Of a stretch of DNA of 64,000 nt, positions 1 to 12,900 are shown piece after piece. The notes beneath the pieces are model-generated. The model did no database searches. It was not told the origin of the DNA and worked only from the letters and a program-made list of their open reading frames with translations. Both the position numbers and the translations under genes were made by a program. The stretch comes from Octopus vulgaris (lineage: Eukaryota), in the NCBI GenBank assembly GCA_951406725.2, contig OX597814.1, positions 67,704,001 to 67,768,000 of the forward strand, given 5' to 3'. Position 1 is the stretch's first letter; every line of letters begins with the position of its first letter.

Positions 1-194
1 TTCCAAATCCTGCTGCATTTCACATAGAATCTTTGTTTCTCGAAAGTTGTCTTGGTGTATAAGTTGACCTACCTTTTTTGGCTGTAAATTTTAGTCTGAA
101 AAATTCAACTTGTATGCCAGGAAATATGATGTGCATAATTTCTTTTTTGTCTAGTCTATAACAAAACACCTATGAGCTAATAGTAAAATACCAG

Positions 195-487
195 CCAGGG
201 TCGTTGCCAATGCTACTGGACTGTCTCTTGTGCAGGTGGCACGTAAAAAACACCATTTGAGCGTGGCCATTGCCAGTACTGCCTGACTGGTCCTCGTGCC
301 GGTGGCACGTAAAAGAACCCATTGCACTCTCGGAGTGGTTAGCATTAGGAAGGGCATCCAGCTGTAGAAACTCTGCCAGATCAAGATTGGAGCCTGGTGC
401 AGCCACCTGGGTCACCAGTACTCAGTCAAATTGCCCAACCTACGCTAGCATGGAAAGCGGACGTTAAACAACAATGATGATGATGAT
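195..487 (+). mobile_element. RTE 3'UTR-only copy
   Basis: GGTGGCACGTAAAA units, AGGAAGGGCATCCAGCTGTAGAAAC, (GAT)n. Confidence 0.85.
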
Positions 488-865
488 TTATACATTTTAA
501 CTCTGAAAGGAAATATCCAAATAACTCAGACAAAGCTTAGTTACATCCTTTTTTGTCATCAATTTATCACCATCATCACACTTGCTGGCAATAGATAAAG
601 ACTCTAATATTTTTATTTCAAGCTTGTCTTTTGCATTCTCTATATTGTCTAAGGCTCAACATCTAGAAATTTCATCTCAATGGTAATTACCCAAATCTCT
701 AATGGTTATTTAACTGTTAGCAGATAGAAGTTCGTCAATCAGTTATTCATGGAAGTCACTATAACATTCATGATAAAACTATATCTTCTCAATTAATGTG
801 AGATTTTGTAGTCACAGTTTCACTATGCTTCAAAGTCCACAGCATACTATAGTTCCGATAAGTAT

Positions 866-1915
866 TAACTGGAGCATGAAGCGAACATGGTCCATTGGAT
901 GGGTAATGTCAGTGTGCATGTACAACAGAGTATAAATGACTGAAAAAGAACTGGGTATAAGGGGCACCAGATATAGCATGCAAGGGAGAAGACTGTACTG
1001 GTATGCTCATGTGATGCATATGGATAAGGACAGTAGCATAAAAAAAGTGACAATCTCTAATTGTAAAGGGAACTTGTGTCAGGGATAGACCCAGGAAGAT
1101 GTGGAATGAAGTGGTGAGAAATGATCTGCAGAGGTTGAACTTCAGAGAGATGACAAAAGACCAAGACTTTTGGTGATTTGCTGTATTAGAGAAGACATGT
1201 CAAGCTAAGTAAAATCATGACCATACATACAGGCAAGTCCTGTGCAGCCATACTTCCATTTCCCTCACACATACAATTGTCCTCTGGCAAAACTCCCCTA
1301 TAACCCATCTTCCCAACAAAACCAACCACCCACTCTCCCTCATGTACCTATCAGCACACTCTCTCTGTCTTTACATATCTGCCAGGCCCACCTCCCAGCC
1401 ACTCCAATTCCTTTCATCATCACTTGCTATCTCTAAATATCTCTCCTCACACTCTTACTACTTATATTCTCCACCACTGTTCCTTCTGGGTATGCCTTTT
1501 TTTCTAACTTCCCTCTCCTTCTTTATACTACTGGGGTAGCCAAGTATCTCCTCTGTAGTAAGATAGCTATCCTTGTTCCTCTATAATAGTCCAACATCTT
1601 GCTTGGCTCATAGGCTTTTCTCTCATTTTCACTCTCGCTGCTGAGAGGTCCATGTCTTGCAAGCTACTTGGTAACCCTGCAAGAGCTGGAAAAGCACCCA
1701 TGCTGATGCTATGTAAAAAAGAACCTGTGCTAGTGTAACATAAAAAGCACCCTGTACAATCTGTAAAATGGTTGAAATTAAGAACATCCAGCAGTAGAAA
1801 CCATTCCAAAACAAACAATTGGAGCTTGGTGCAACCCTCTGGTTTGCCAGTTCATCTCAAGACTGTCCAACCCATGCCAGCATGGAGAATGAACATTAGA
1901 TGGTGATGATGAGGA
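866..1915 (+). mobile_element. Old RTE 3' remnant with an interrupted 3'UTR
   Basis: Degenerate match to the RTE C-terminus (GRPRKTW region) and terminal 3'UTR. Confidence 0.65.
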
Positions 1916-2628
1916 TTTAGATAATGGTTATTTTCAGAGTTGAAAGTGTAATGTTGATTAATTAATACTTTTTGGCTTAAAATTTCAGTCCTACTGCATG
2001 GCACCATGACACTCTTTACTGTCACTTTAGACTGACTAATGCCTTGTCAGTGAATTCAGGAGAGAGAGGGAGAGAGAGAGAAAGAGAGAGAGAGAGAATG
2101 TGTGCATGTGCATCTGTCTGAATCTTCTCATTTCACTTGTCATGGTGTAGACATAGCAGGACTGATGTTAATATTCTGACTGGTTGCTCTGTGATTTTGG
2201 AAACCAGGTGAGGGCTGGCAACAAGAGAAAATTCTGTCCCAAAATCAATTCCCCATCAAATCTTGATAGCAAAAAAAAAAAAAAAAAAAACCCTAGCATT
2301 GATTCTGACATTACCAGGCCCAAAGCCAGATCCACTCTCTCACATCTACCCTACAATGTCATTCTACAAATAAACTACTACTTCATGACTAATTTTAAAT
2401 ATGCATTACATTTGTCTTAATGCTAAGGGGTTAAACAAACAAACTATACAAAGTATGTTAGCATCAACTTAAGCATTAAGTTTGTTAATCAGTTCACAAT
2501 CAACTCATTATTAGTGAGCCATTAGTGAAATTCATGGACATCATTTCAGTGATGCATCTACAGTTGTACTTATGATGAACTTGTTGGTAAACTACAACAA
2601 TAGAATTATTTAGGGTGTTATGAGTAGT

Positions 2629-2634
2629 TTTATT
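2629..2634 (-). terminator. Candidate BOP1 polyadenylation signal AATAAA
   Basis: AATAAA on the - strand about 60 nt after the stop codon. Confidence 0.45.
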
Positions 2635-2694
2635 ATGGAGATTGCTGCATAAGTGTAAAGATGAAAAATATATCTATGTAGAAAGTAATTCTCT

Positions 2695-2848
2695 TTAAGT
2701 GTACAAACGAATGTAGCCATCGGCACCTGAAGAAAAGAGCCAGGGTTGCGTTGGGTGGAACTGGCAGTCCAATACTCCAAGGCCATTCACTGAGTCATGA
2801 CCATGTAGAACTTTAACAGGTACAAGAAGTGGATTCTGTAGAAGATCA
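2695..2848 (-). CDS. BOP1: BOP1 exon 19, terminal ([12 protein letters not shown]...IRLYT*)
   Basis: TAG acceptor after a T-rich tract; TAA stop at 2695-2697. Confidence 0.96.
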
Positions 2849-5800
2849 CTATAAAAAAAGAAAGAAAAAGAAATGCAATTAAATAAAACAATTAGTAAAT
2901 GTTTTCTTTCAAATGGAAAGCCACATAAAAATATCAGTATTAACATTAATTTCATGTTATGCACCCTTGATCGTTGACGTCTTTCACGAACAAAGCATCA
3001 TCAGCTACTTGATTAAATATTAACTATGTTCTACTCAATTTCCAAAGTTTCTAGATGGTGTGTAATTTTTGTTGCAGAATATTCCCTACGAATTATATTC
3101 AACCTCATATTTTTAAGCGTTGATCGTAACCCTGTAGGGCTATAATATTATCTATATCGCCATATTGTCAACATGGCTTCCTGTCTTTTTCAATTCCTCC
3201 TTTGCTTTCAGGGCCATCCCGTGTTATTCCATTCCCCCAGAATTCCTTACAAAATACTCTCTCTCCCTCTCATTTAAATTATGTTCTACTCAATTTCCAA
3301 AGTTTCTAGATGGTGTGTAATTTTTGTTGCAGAATATTCCCTACGAATTATATTCATCCTCGTTGCTCCTTCGAGTGCGCCCGCCCTCCCACCCCCTCCA
3401 CCAATACCGGAAGTTTCTACCTCTGTCTTGACTCCCCCACCCCGCGTATACATCCACTCGCACCCCTATGTCGGTTTTATTTGATCATATAGAGCAAAAA
3501 TGGTGAAACGTATGCAGGTTGTAGTCTCACCCCCTCCACCAACACCAGAAGTTTCTACGCCTGTCTTACTTGACTACCCCCTCCGCACCCCTATGTAGGG
3601 TTTATTTGATCATATAGCGCAAAAACTGTGAAATGTATGCATGTTGTAGTCTAGTGTTTCAGTATGAAATCTGCCAAATGCAAGCTTTCTTTTCAGGTAC
3701 ATGACACGGCTGTCTCTCATCCCAGGGTCTCAGAGGCCCACACCTCCCACACCCTCAGTGTTGGCATATTGAAAGGTAGGTCTGGAGAGATTGTTGAGCT
3801 GCTTGAACGGAGACGTGTGGATTTATGCTGCATCCAGGAAGTAAGGTGGAGAGGAGGTTCCGCTAAGCTCCTTACAGGCAAGGAACACAGGTACAAGATT
3901 TTCTGGGCTGGGAACATTGACGGGGTCGGGGGCGTGGGTATACTTCTTGCGGAGAAATGGGTAGATAAGGTAATCGAGGTAGTCAGAGTAAGTGATAGAG
4001 TACTTAAGATTAGATTAGTGCTTCACCATAGGTCAGCTACCATCATCTCGGCATATGCCCCTCAACCAGGGCTACCGGAAGGACAGAAAGACCAATTCTA
4101 CGACACCCTATTGCGGACTACCTCGTTGACAAATGACAGTGACCTTCTCTTTGTGGCAGGTGATTTCAATGGACATGTTGGACGGCATGTCGGGGGCTTC
4201 CATGGCGTTCATGGAGGCTACGGTTTTGGCTCTCGAAATGAGGAGGGAACCAGGCTGCTGGAGGTCTGCGATGCAAATGACCTTATGGTTTGCAATACCA
4301 ACTTCAGGAAACCCACCTCTCACCTACCGTTCTGGCAGACACACTAGTCAGATTGACTACATCCTCGCCAGAAAGAGGGAAAGAGGGCTGCTTATAAATG
4401 CCAAAACCTTTCCAGGCGAAGAATGTACTCCTCAACATAGATTAGTAGTAAGCGACATCAGGATCAGAGCTAAATGGTTGCCCAGAAGAAGACCAGCTTG
4501 GAGGAGAAGGGTCTGGAAGCTTAAAGATCCTGCAAATGGACAGAGATTTAGAGACATACTACTCGAAGCCTTTGACGAAATAGAAGGGGATATAGCTTCA
4601 CTTAATGTAGAAGACAACTGGAGATTTCTACGGGACAATCTGCTGACAGCCACTGACCAGATCTGTGGATGGAGCAAAGTACCATCTCGACCCAGAGTAA
4701 CGTGGTGGTGGAACAATGTGGTTGACAGGGCTATTAGACAAAAGAAACAGGCTTGGAGGGACTGGAAGAACGGTGGTAGTAGGGAATTGTATCAGACAGC
4801 CAGAAGGGAAGCTAGGAGACAGGTTTATTTAGCCAGAGGGGAAGCGGATAAGAAAAAATTTGCCAATGTTCTGCGCCGTGAGGATGAAAGACTTGAGGTA
4901 TTTCGTGCTGCAAGACAGTGTGTGAGAGAGAATCGTGATGTGGTAGGAGAGAAATGTGTCCGCATGGATGATGGTTCACTTGCGCTAAATGAGGATGCAA
5001 AGAGAGAGGTTTGGAGATGCCACTATGAAAGGTTGCTGAATAAAGAAAATGAATGAGATAAAGAGAGTCTGCCAAATGTCAACCCAACAGAGGGTCCAGC
5101 CATCCAAGTTGACAATTCTTTGATAGTTAAAGCAATTAGAAGCATGAAGACAGGGAAAGCCCCAGGCCCATCAGGAATTACTGCAGAGATGCTCAAAATA
5201 TCTGGCAGTGTCGGCTATAACCTAGTCACCCTTTTAGTTAACCAGGTGATACACAAAGGAGTCATACCCAATGACTGGTGTAGCAGCATACTAGTCAACT
5301 GCTACAAAGGTAAAGGAGACGCCCTAGATACAAATAATTACAGAGGTATCAAGCTGTTGGATCAGGTAATGAAGGTTACAGAGAGGGTCATAGCCCAACT
5401 GATTAGGGAGAGAGTCAACTTGGACGAGATGCAGTTTGGTTTCATGCCAGGGAAAAGCACCACTGATGCCATATTTCTGGTGAGATAGCTGCAGGAGAAA
5501 TACCTAGCCAAAGATAAGCCCCTGTACCTGGCTTTCGTTAACATGGAGAAAGCCTTTGACAGGGTCCCCAGATCCCTTATCTGGTGGTCAATGAGGAAAC
5601 TAGGGATAGATGAATGGCTGGTGAGGGCTGTGCAAGCCATGTACAGGGATGCTGTAAGTAAGGTTAGGGTTGGCAACATGTACACAGAAGAATTCAAAAT
5701 GGAGGTAGGGGTCCACCAGGGTTCAGTACTCAGCCCCCTCCTATTTATCATAGTCCTCCAGGCAATTATGGAGGAATTCAAGACAGGTTGCCCCTGGGAG

Positions 5801-8800
5801 CTCCTATATGCTGACGACCTTGCTCTAATTGCTGAGTCACTATCAGAACTGGAGGAGAAGTTCCAGGTGTGGAAGGAGGGTCTAGAATCGAGGGGCCTCA
5901 GAGTCAACCTAGCTAAAACCAAAGTAGTAATAAGTAGGAAGGTAGACAATCCACAAATGTCTTCAGGAAGATGGTCCTGCTCGATCTGTAGAAAAGGTGT
6001 AGGTAGAAACTCTATAAGATGTACCCAGTGTAAGCTATGGACACATAAGAGGTGCAGCAATGTCAAAGGAAGGCTAACTGGGAAGATAGTTTTTGTATGT
6101 GGAAGATGCTTGGGAGCATTAACCTCTGAAAATCTGCAGAAAACAACTTCCGTCACTTTCCAGGGGAAAAAACTAGAAGTAGTTGATAGCTTCCGCTATC
6201 TTGGTGACCAAGTCAGTAGTGGGGGTAGGTGTGCTGAAAGTGTAACGGCTAGAGTAAGTATAGCCTGGGCAAAGTTTAGGGAGCTCTTACCTCTGCTGGT
6301 GACTAAAAGGCCTCTCGCTCAGAGTAAAAGGCAGACTATATGATGCATGTGTTCGAACAGCCATGCTACATGGCAGTGAAACATAGGCCGTGACTGCTGA
6401 GGACATGCGTAAGCTCGCGAGAAATGAAGCCAGTATGCTCCGATGGATGTGTAATGTCAGTGTGCATGCTCGACAGAGCGTTAGTACCCTGAGAGAAATG
6501 TTGGACCTAAGGAGCATCAGTTGTGGTGTACAAGAGAGACGATTGCGCTGGTATGGTCATGTGGCGAGAATGGATGAAGGTAGGTGTGTGAAAAAGTGCC
6601 AATCCCTAGCAGTGGAGGGAACCCGTGGAAGAGGTAGACCCAGGAAAACTTGGGACGAGGTGGTGAAGCACGACCTTCGAACTTTAGGTCTCACTGAGGA
6701 AATGACCAGCAACCGAGACCTTTGGAAATTTGCTGTGCGTGAAAAGACCAGGCAGGATAAGTGAGTCCAGCCCACTTATGCATGCCTTTCCTCCCTTGGA
6801 CACACAAAGACCTGTTGAGGCAAGCGAAGTCATTATCGAACCTCATTTGACGACAGGCACCTATGCCAACCCCACTTTGCTTGCGAAGACCTGTTGGGGC
6901 AAGTGAAATTGGAATCGAAATTGAACCAATCCTATGACTGGCACCCGGCAGATGCCAAGACCCCTGGACTGGAGATACGTAAAAAGCACTATCCGAATCG
7001 TGTCCGAAGCCAGTGCCGCCTCGACTGGCTTCCGTGCAGGTGGCACGTAAAATGCACCAATCCAACCGTGGCCAATGCCAGCCTCGCCTGGCACCAGTGC
7101 AGGTGGCATGTAAAAAGCACCCACTACACTCACGGAGTGGTTGGCGTTAGGAAGGGCATCCAGCTGTAGAAACATTGCCAGATAAGACCGGAGCCTGGTG
7201 CAGCCTTCTGGCTTCCCAGATCCCCAGTCGAACCGTCCAACCCATGCTAGCATGGAGAATGGACGTTAAACGATGATGATGATGATGATACATCTTGATT
7301 TTTAAAAAAAATTTATATTAGGCACCCTTACACAGACAAGATATTGTGTTTTGACTGCCACGTAAAAAGCACCCAGTACACTCAGTCAAATGGGAGAGCA
7401 TCCATCTGTAGAAAGCAAGCCAAAACAGACTATGGAACCCGGCGCAGTTCCTGCCAAGCTCTCCAACTAATGCCAGCATGGCAAACAGATGTTAAATGAT
7501 GGTGAGGTAGATAGATAATTGCCTACCTCTAACCATATGTCATTCACCTAACCCTCTTGCGAATTTATGTGATCCTATGTCCCTATACGTCTTATTTGTT
7601 TTTCTGTCCTCATCCCCTCACATTCACCTGTTTGTACATTGAAGGGATGCCCTGGCACCCAATCTCCATCTTCTCTTCTTTCCAGTGGGGGAAGTCATGT
7701 ATCTTTTCTATAACAAGAGACTTGTTTCTTTCTTTCTTTTAACTTATCACCTGGCACAAAACCACCTCCCTCAATACTACTCTCTACCTCAATCAAAGGG
7801 TTTTGTCTTGCATGCTACTTGGCAACCTTGCTAGTGCTGGTGATATGAAAAAGGCACCCAGGACACTCTGTAAAGTGGGTTGGCGTTAGGAAAGGCAGGT
7901 TTTTTCTGAGGCTGTCATAAATTTTTAAATTTTAAAATCAAGGGAAATTTTTCAAATTTGATATATTGATGTAATTTTTCACACTGAATCCGATTTTGTT
8001 ATTCATTTGTTCCATATAAATTTTAGAAAGATGATACAGAGGTTTAAAGTTTGATAAGTTTTACCCAATCAGAAAACAGGAATTGGAAGCTGGCATTTTC
8101 TATGTGACAGCTGTCTCTCACAAAATGAAAGCAAAAACATTATGTCAACAATGTATTAACACACAAAATGAAAGCGAAATCTTACAATGACAAAGAAGTT
8201 TAAGAGATTTTTTTATAAAGTTGAAGAAGCCCTTAGTAATGCAGAGATCGTTCTTCTAATTTTAAATGTATGACATTCACGCGTGTGTGTGTGTGTATGT
8301 ATCATCACCATCATCATTGTTTAACATATGCATTCCACGCTGGCATGAACTGGATGGTTTGATTGACTGGCAAGCCAAGAGGCTGCACCAGGCCCCAATC
8401 TGATCTGGCAAGGTCTCTACAGCTGGATGCTCTTCCTAACACCAACAACTCTGAGTGTAGTGGGTGCTTTTTACATGCCACCAGTACAGGCAATGACCAC
8501 GCTTAAATCGTGCTTATGTGCTACAGGCACGGGACCAGTCAGGCAGCACTGGCAACAACCATGCTTGAATGGTGCTTTTTACATACTGCCGACACAGTCC
8601 AGTGGGACTAGCATTTACCACACTCAAATGGTGCTTTTTACGTGCCACCAGCATCGGTGCCAGTTAGGCGGTACTAGCATCGGCCACAATAATATATGTC
8701 TATCTTATATATTAAAAGACAAGTTGTCCGTCTGTGTATTGTGTGAACCACTTCTACTCCCACAATTTTCAACCAAATTTCAAATTTGACATGTGTGCTC

Positions 8801-9373
8801 TCTTTGACTTAGGATGCGTTTTCTTATAATTTTTTCCTCGAAATTCCACACTCCCAACATAGACTACTCTTAATTCACCTAGGATTTGAACCCACCACAT
8901 CTATGCAATGGTATGTGTACAATTTTTGGCACTTCTTTAGAAGAACACCTCTCCAAGAAAATGATGCCTAATTTCTAAAAAAATTATCAAAATGGGAAAT
9001 ATATCCAAAATAAATCAAGTCTGTAAAAAGCTACTGAGATCATCTATTTTTAAATATTTTATACTAAAAAATAAAACCTGGAAAACGAGCACTCGTGAAT
9101 ATAAACAAATATGTTGGAAGATACAAGGGCTGGTAACTTGCATCAGATATTATTAATGATACGAAGGGCCCCGACAATAATGTTTGTAAATTCTTGATTG
9201 TTTTTAATCAGATTTTTTACTGCGCACACTGGGATGGATTAGCGTAGCATGCGCTGCTACCACGTAACAGCTATTCCCAAGTACTTGTTCAGTGGTAGCA
9301 GGACGTGCTAGAAATACTAGCCAAATCGGTTAATGTTTGCAAGTACACCTGCACATCAACCCCCACCACTTTT

Positions 9374-9416
<43 letters not shown>

Positions 9417-9895
9417 TATATCCTCTGGCCCACCAAAGCCTTGTAAGTGGATTTCGTACACAGAAACTGAAAAAACACTGTCATATATGTGTTTATTAGT
9501 GTGTGTGTGATTTTGTACTCCCACCATTGCTTTATAATCAATGTTGGTGTGTCTACATACCTATAACTTAGCGGTTCGGCAAAAAGGGATGGTTAGAATA
9601 ATTAGTAGGTGGTGCTCCAGCATGGCCACAGTCACATGACTTGTATGTCTGCATCACTAAAACTCAAGAACTACCCAACTGATTTCATTCAAATTTTACA
9701 CATGCCTTACTAAGGGCCCATGCAGTGTCAAGGACCAAAAAAATTTTCATCTTCTTGCCTAATGTGAGCCTGGAGCAATCTCTTATCTCTTACACTATTT
9801 CAGTATTACGTGTCAAAAGTGAAACAATAACATCTCTATTGTAATGTGAGATAATACTTTCAGTTTTAATAGTGAAACTATTAATACTTTCACTA

Positions 9896-9947
<52 letters not shown>

Positions 9948-12900
9948 AGTTTCATTTCTATTACTTTCACTATGATATATTTATGTATGTATGCATGTAT
10001 AAATGGTTCAAAACGTTACTTACTTTTTACTCAACCTGATATATATATATATGTATATATATCGGGTTGAATAAAAAGTAAGTAACGTTTTGAACCATGA
10101 AGAATTTGTACCAGATTTTTGCAGAGTTTTGAATCTTTTTAAATATTTTTTTTTGCAATTGTCTGATAATACACACATAGACTTACCCAAATGCATCAAT
10201 AAATTAACAGTGATATTTTTTTCACCTTTGTTACAATCATCTAAAATGGAACCGTTAAAATGCAATACTAAAGCAATTTTGCTATTCAACTTCAAATATG
10301 GATGTAAAGCAGCTGAAACTGCTCGCAATATCAAGAAAACGTTTGGTGAGGAAATGACCAGTGAGTGATCAGCTCAAAAATGATGTAAACAATTTTGCAG
10401 TGGAGACCTGAGCCTTGAAGATCATGAGTGTAGTAGACGCACATTTGTCATCAATGACAATCAATTAAAAATCATTATTGAGAAAGATCCACGTAAAACC
10501 ACTCTAGAACTAGCAAAAGAACTTCAAGTTAGCCAGAAAACTGCCTGCAACCATTTGCATGCAATCGGAAAATCAAAAAAGCTCAACAAATGAGTACCAC
10601 ACGATTTGAATGAAAATTTTTTTAAATGTGCAGATATGAAACTTGCTCATTGCTTCTTCTCCGTAACTAGACCAATACATTTCTCAACCGTATTGTAACT
10701 TGCAATGAAAAGTGAATTCTGAACAATAATAAATAATGTTTTTCGCAGTGATTGGACCAAAATGAAGCAACGAAAATATTCCCTAAACCTGAGCTCTTCA
10801 AAAAGAAGGTTATGGTGACTACTTGGTGGTGTACTGCTGGGCTCATTCACTCTAACTTCTTAAAACCCCAAAAAAACCATCACTGTAGAAACATATTGCC
10901 ATACAACTGTCAAAATGAACAAAAAACTGCTATTCCTCCATCCCAGACTGGTCAACAGAAGAAGGCTAATTATTTTTCATGACAATGCTCGATGTCACTT
11001 TTCACTAATGATGCTCCAGAAGTTGAGGGAACTTGGCTAAGAAGTTCTTCCCCAACCAGCTTATTCCCCAGACCTTTCTCCTACCGACTACTACTTTTTC
11101 AAGCACCTCGGTGGTTTCCTGCAAGAGAAGGAGTTCAAAAATCAAACCAATGCTGAAAGTGCATTCAAAGAGTTCATCAGCTCAAGAATTCCAGATTTTT
11201 ATGTTACTGGAATAAACAAACTTGTAACTCATTTGCAAAAATGTGTTGATTGTAATGGTACTTATATTGATGAATAAAATTTCCACATTGTTGAAATATA
11301 TTGTGATGAATTTCATGTTTCAAAACGTTGCTTACGTTTTACTCAGACTGATAAAGGTATGTGTGAGATATATATATATATATACATACACACACACACA
11401 CACACACACATACATATAATTAATAATATCAGGGTAATAAAATTTTTTAGCAATTTTTACTAAAACTAAAAAGTATAAAGTAATAAAAAAAAAAGAAAAA
11501 CTGTCACTTACTTATAAACTCTTCCATGGCAGACAATGAGAGAGCAATCATCTGATGCTGATGCAAATAGTGGATATGTGTTATGGTAGCAGACTTGACG
11601 AATTGCTTTTTTGTGATGTCTATTAAAGAATAAAATCAAAGAGTAGAATTAAGAAAAATACTAAAATTCTATTGAAATACATATACAATCATTGATCATT
11701 TGGATTGAGAAAATTGGCAGCAATATTTAGTTATGGTTTTCATGTTCAATTCCTGCCAAGATGAACTTCGCTTTTCATCCTTTCTAAACTGATCAACAAA
11801 AGTACCAGTCAAGTACTGGTTTGATATAGTCAAATATACCCGTCTCCTCATATGTGAATTCCTATGCCAATATTGCAAATAATGATTATTGTTGATTCAG
11901 TGAAATTATCAAAGTTTAAAAAAAATATGAATACTCTAATATATTCCAAATAGGTTTATTCCTTTCAACATTCTTATGCTTCTTAAATGAAAATCACAGC
12001 ATTTACTGTTTCAGTTAAACAGCTAACAAAAAGCAAACCATGAACAATTGTGCTATTTTAAAACAATGCCAGCAGCAGCCCTGAAGTGGAGATATAGTAT
12101 ACAGGAAACATTTCAATCTCTTCTCCTTTAATGTTAAAAACTTATGACACAATGTGCAAAAGTAAAATACATTAACTACTTTAAAAGAAAAAGTTATTTT
12201 TATACATATATTACATACAATACACATATCTACTATCTGTAATATAAAGTATACAGTATATTGACTATTGGGTCATCCCATAAATAATGCAGGTTTTTTT
12301 CAACTGCATGAACTAAAAGTCAGAGGAAGATGGGATAAACTACCTGTATCAACTTGCTATAAAAGCAAGTAGTGATTTTACCTTGTCTTTATTCTTAGTT
12401 CCAGTTTTTAAGACTGCAGTTTGATTTTAACAGTTAGTTTTTCAAAGCTATAATGGAAGTGACACAGGAACATATTCGGCATATTTTGCTTTATGAGTTT
12501 AATAATGACTACAAACATAGTGGAAAGTGCGAGGAATATTAATGTAGTATATGGGGTTCCAGAAATTCCTAGAAGACAAGTCTCATCCTGGAAGATCTGT
12601 AGAGTTCAACAAGGACACCCTGCAAACCCTGGTGGAACAAAATTCCATTATAACTGTTGAATTAGCAGAAAAGCTAGGATTTGGTCACTGAACTAGTCAT
12701 TCAAGGCAGCGCTAGAAGAAAAATGACCATCTTTGGTTTCAAGACGAAATGTGTTCTTCCATCAGGATAATGCTTGACCACATACAGTGTGAATGACTTT
12801 TTAAAGGCTGGAGCAGTTTGAATGGGAAACGATGCCCCACCCACAATATTCGGTGGACATTGCCCCATCTGATAATCATTTATACCACAGTCTTCAAAAT

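Noticed and set aside
2934-3003. C/D snoRNA-like TGATGA...CTGA on the - strand, ~85 nt from the last acceptor
   Set aside because: Imperfect C box, no terminal stem, and it probably straddles an insertion boundary.
3100-3660. HDV-like ribozyme expected in some RTE 5'UTRs
   Set aside because: Could not identify the nested double pseudoknot by eye; needs a descriptor search.
5362-6156. 264-aa ORF antisense to the RT
   Set aside because: Shadow ORF with no recognisable domain; not consistently open in the other copies.
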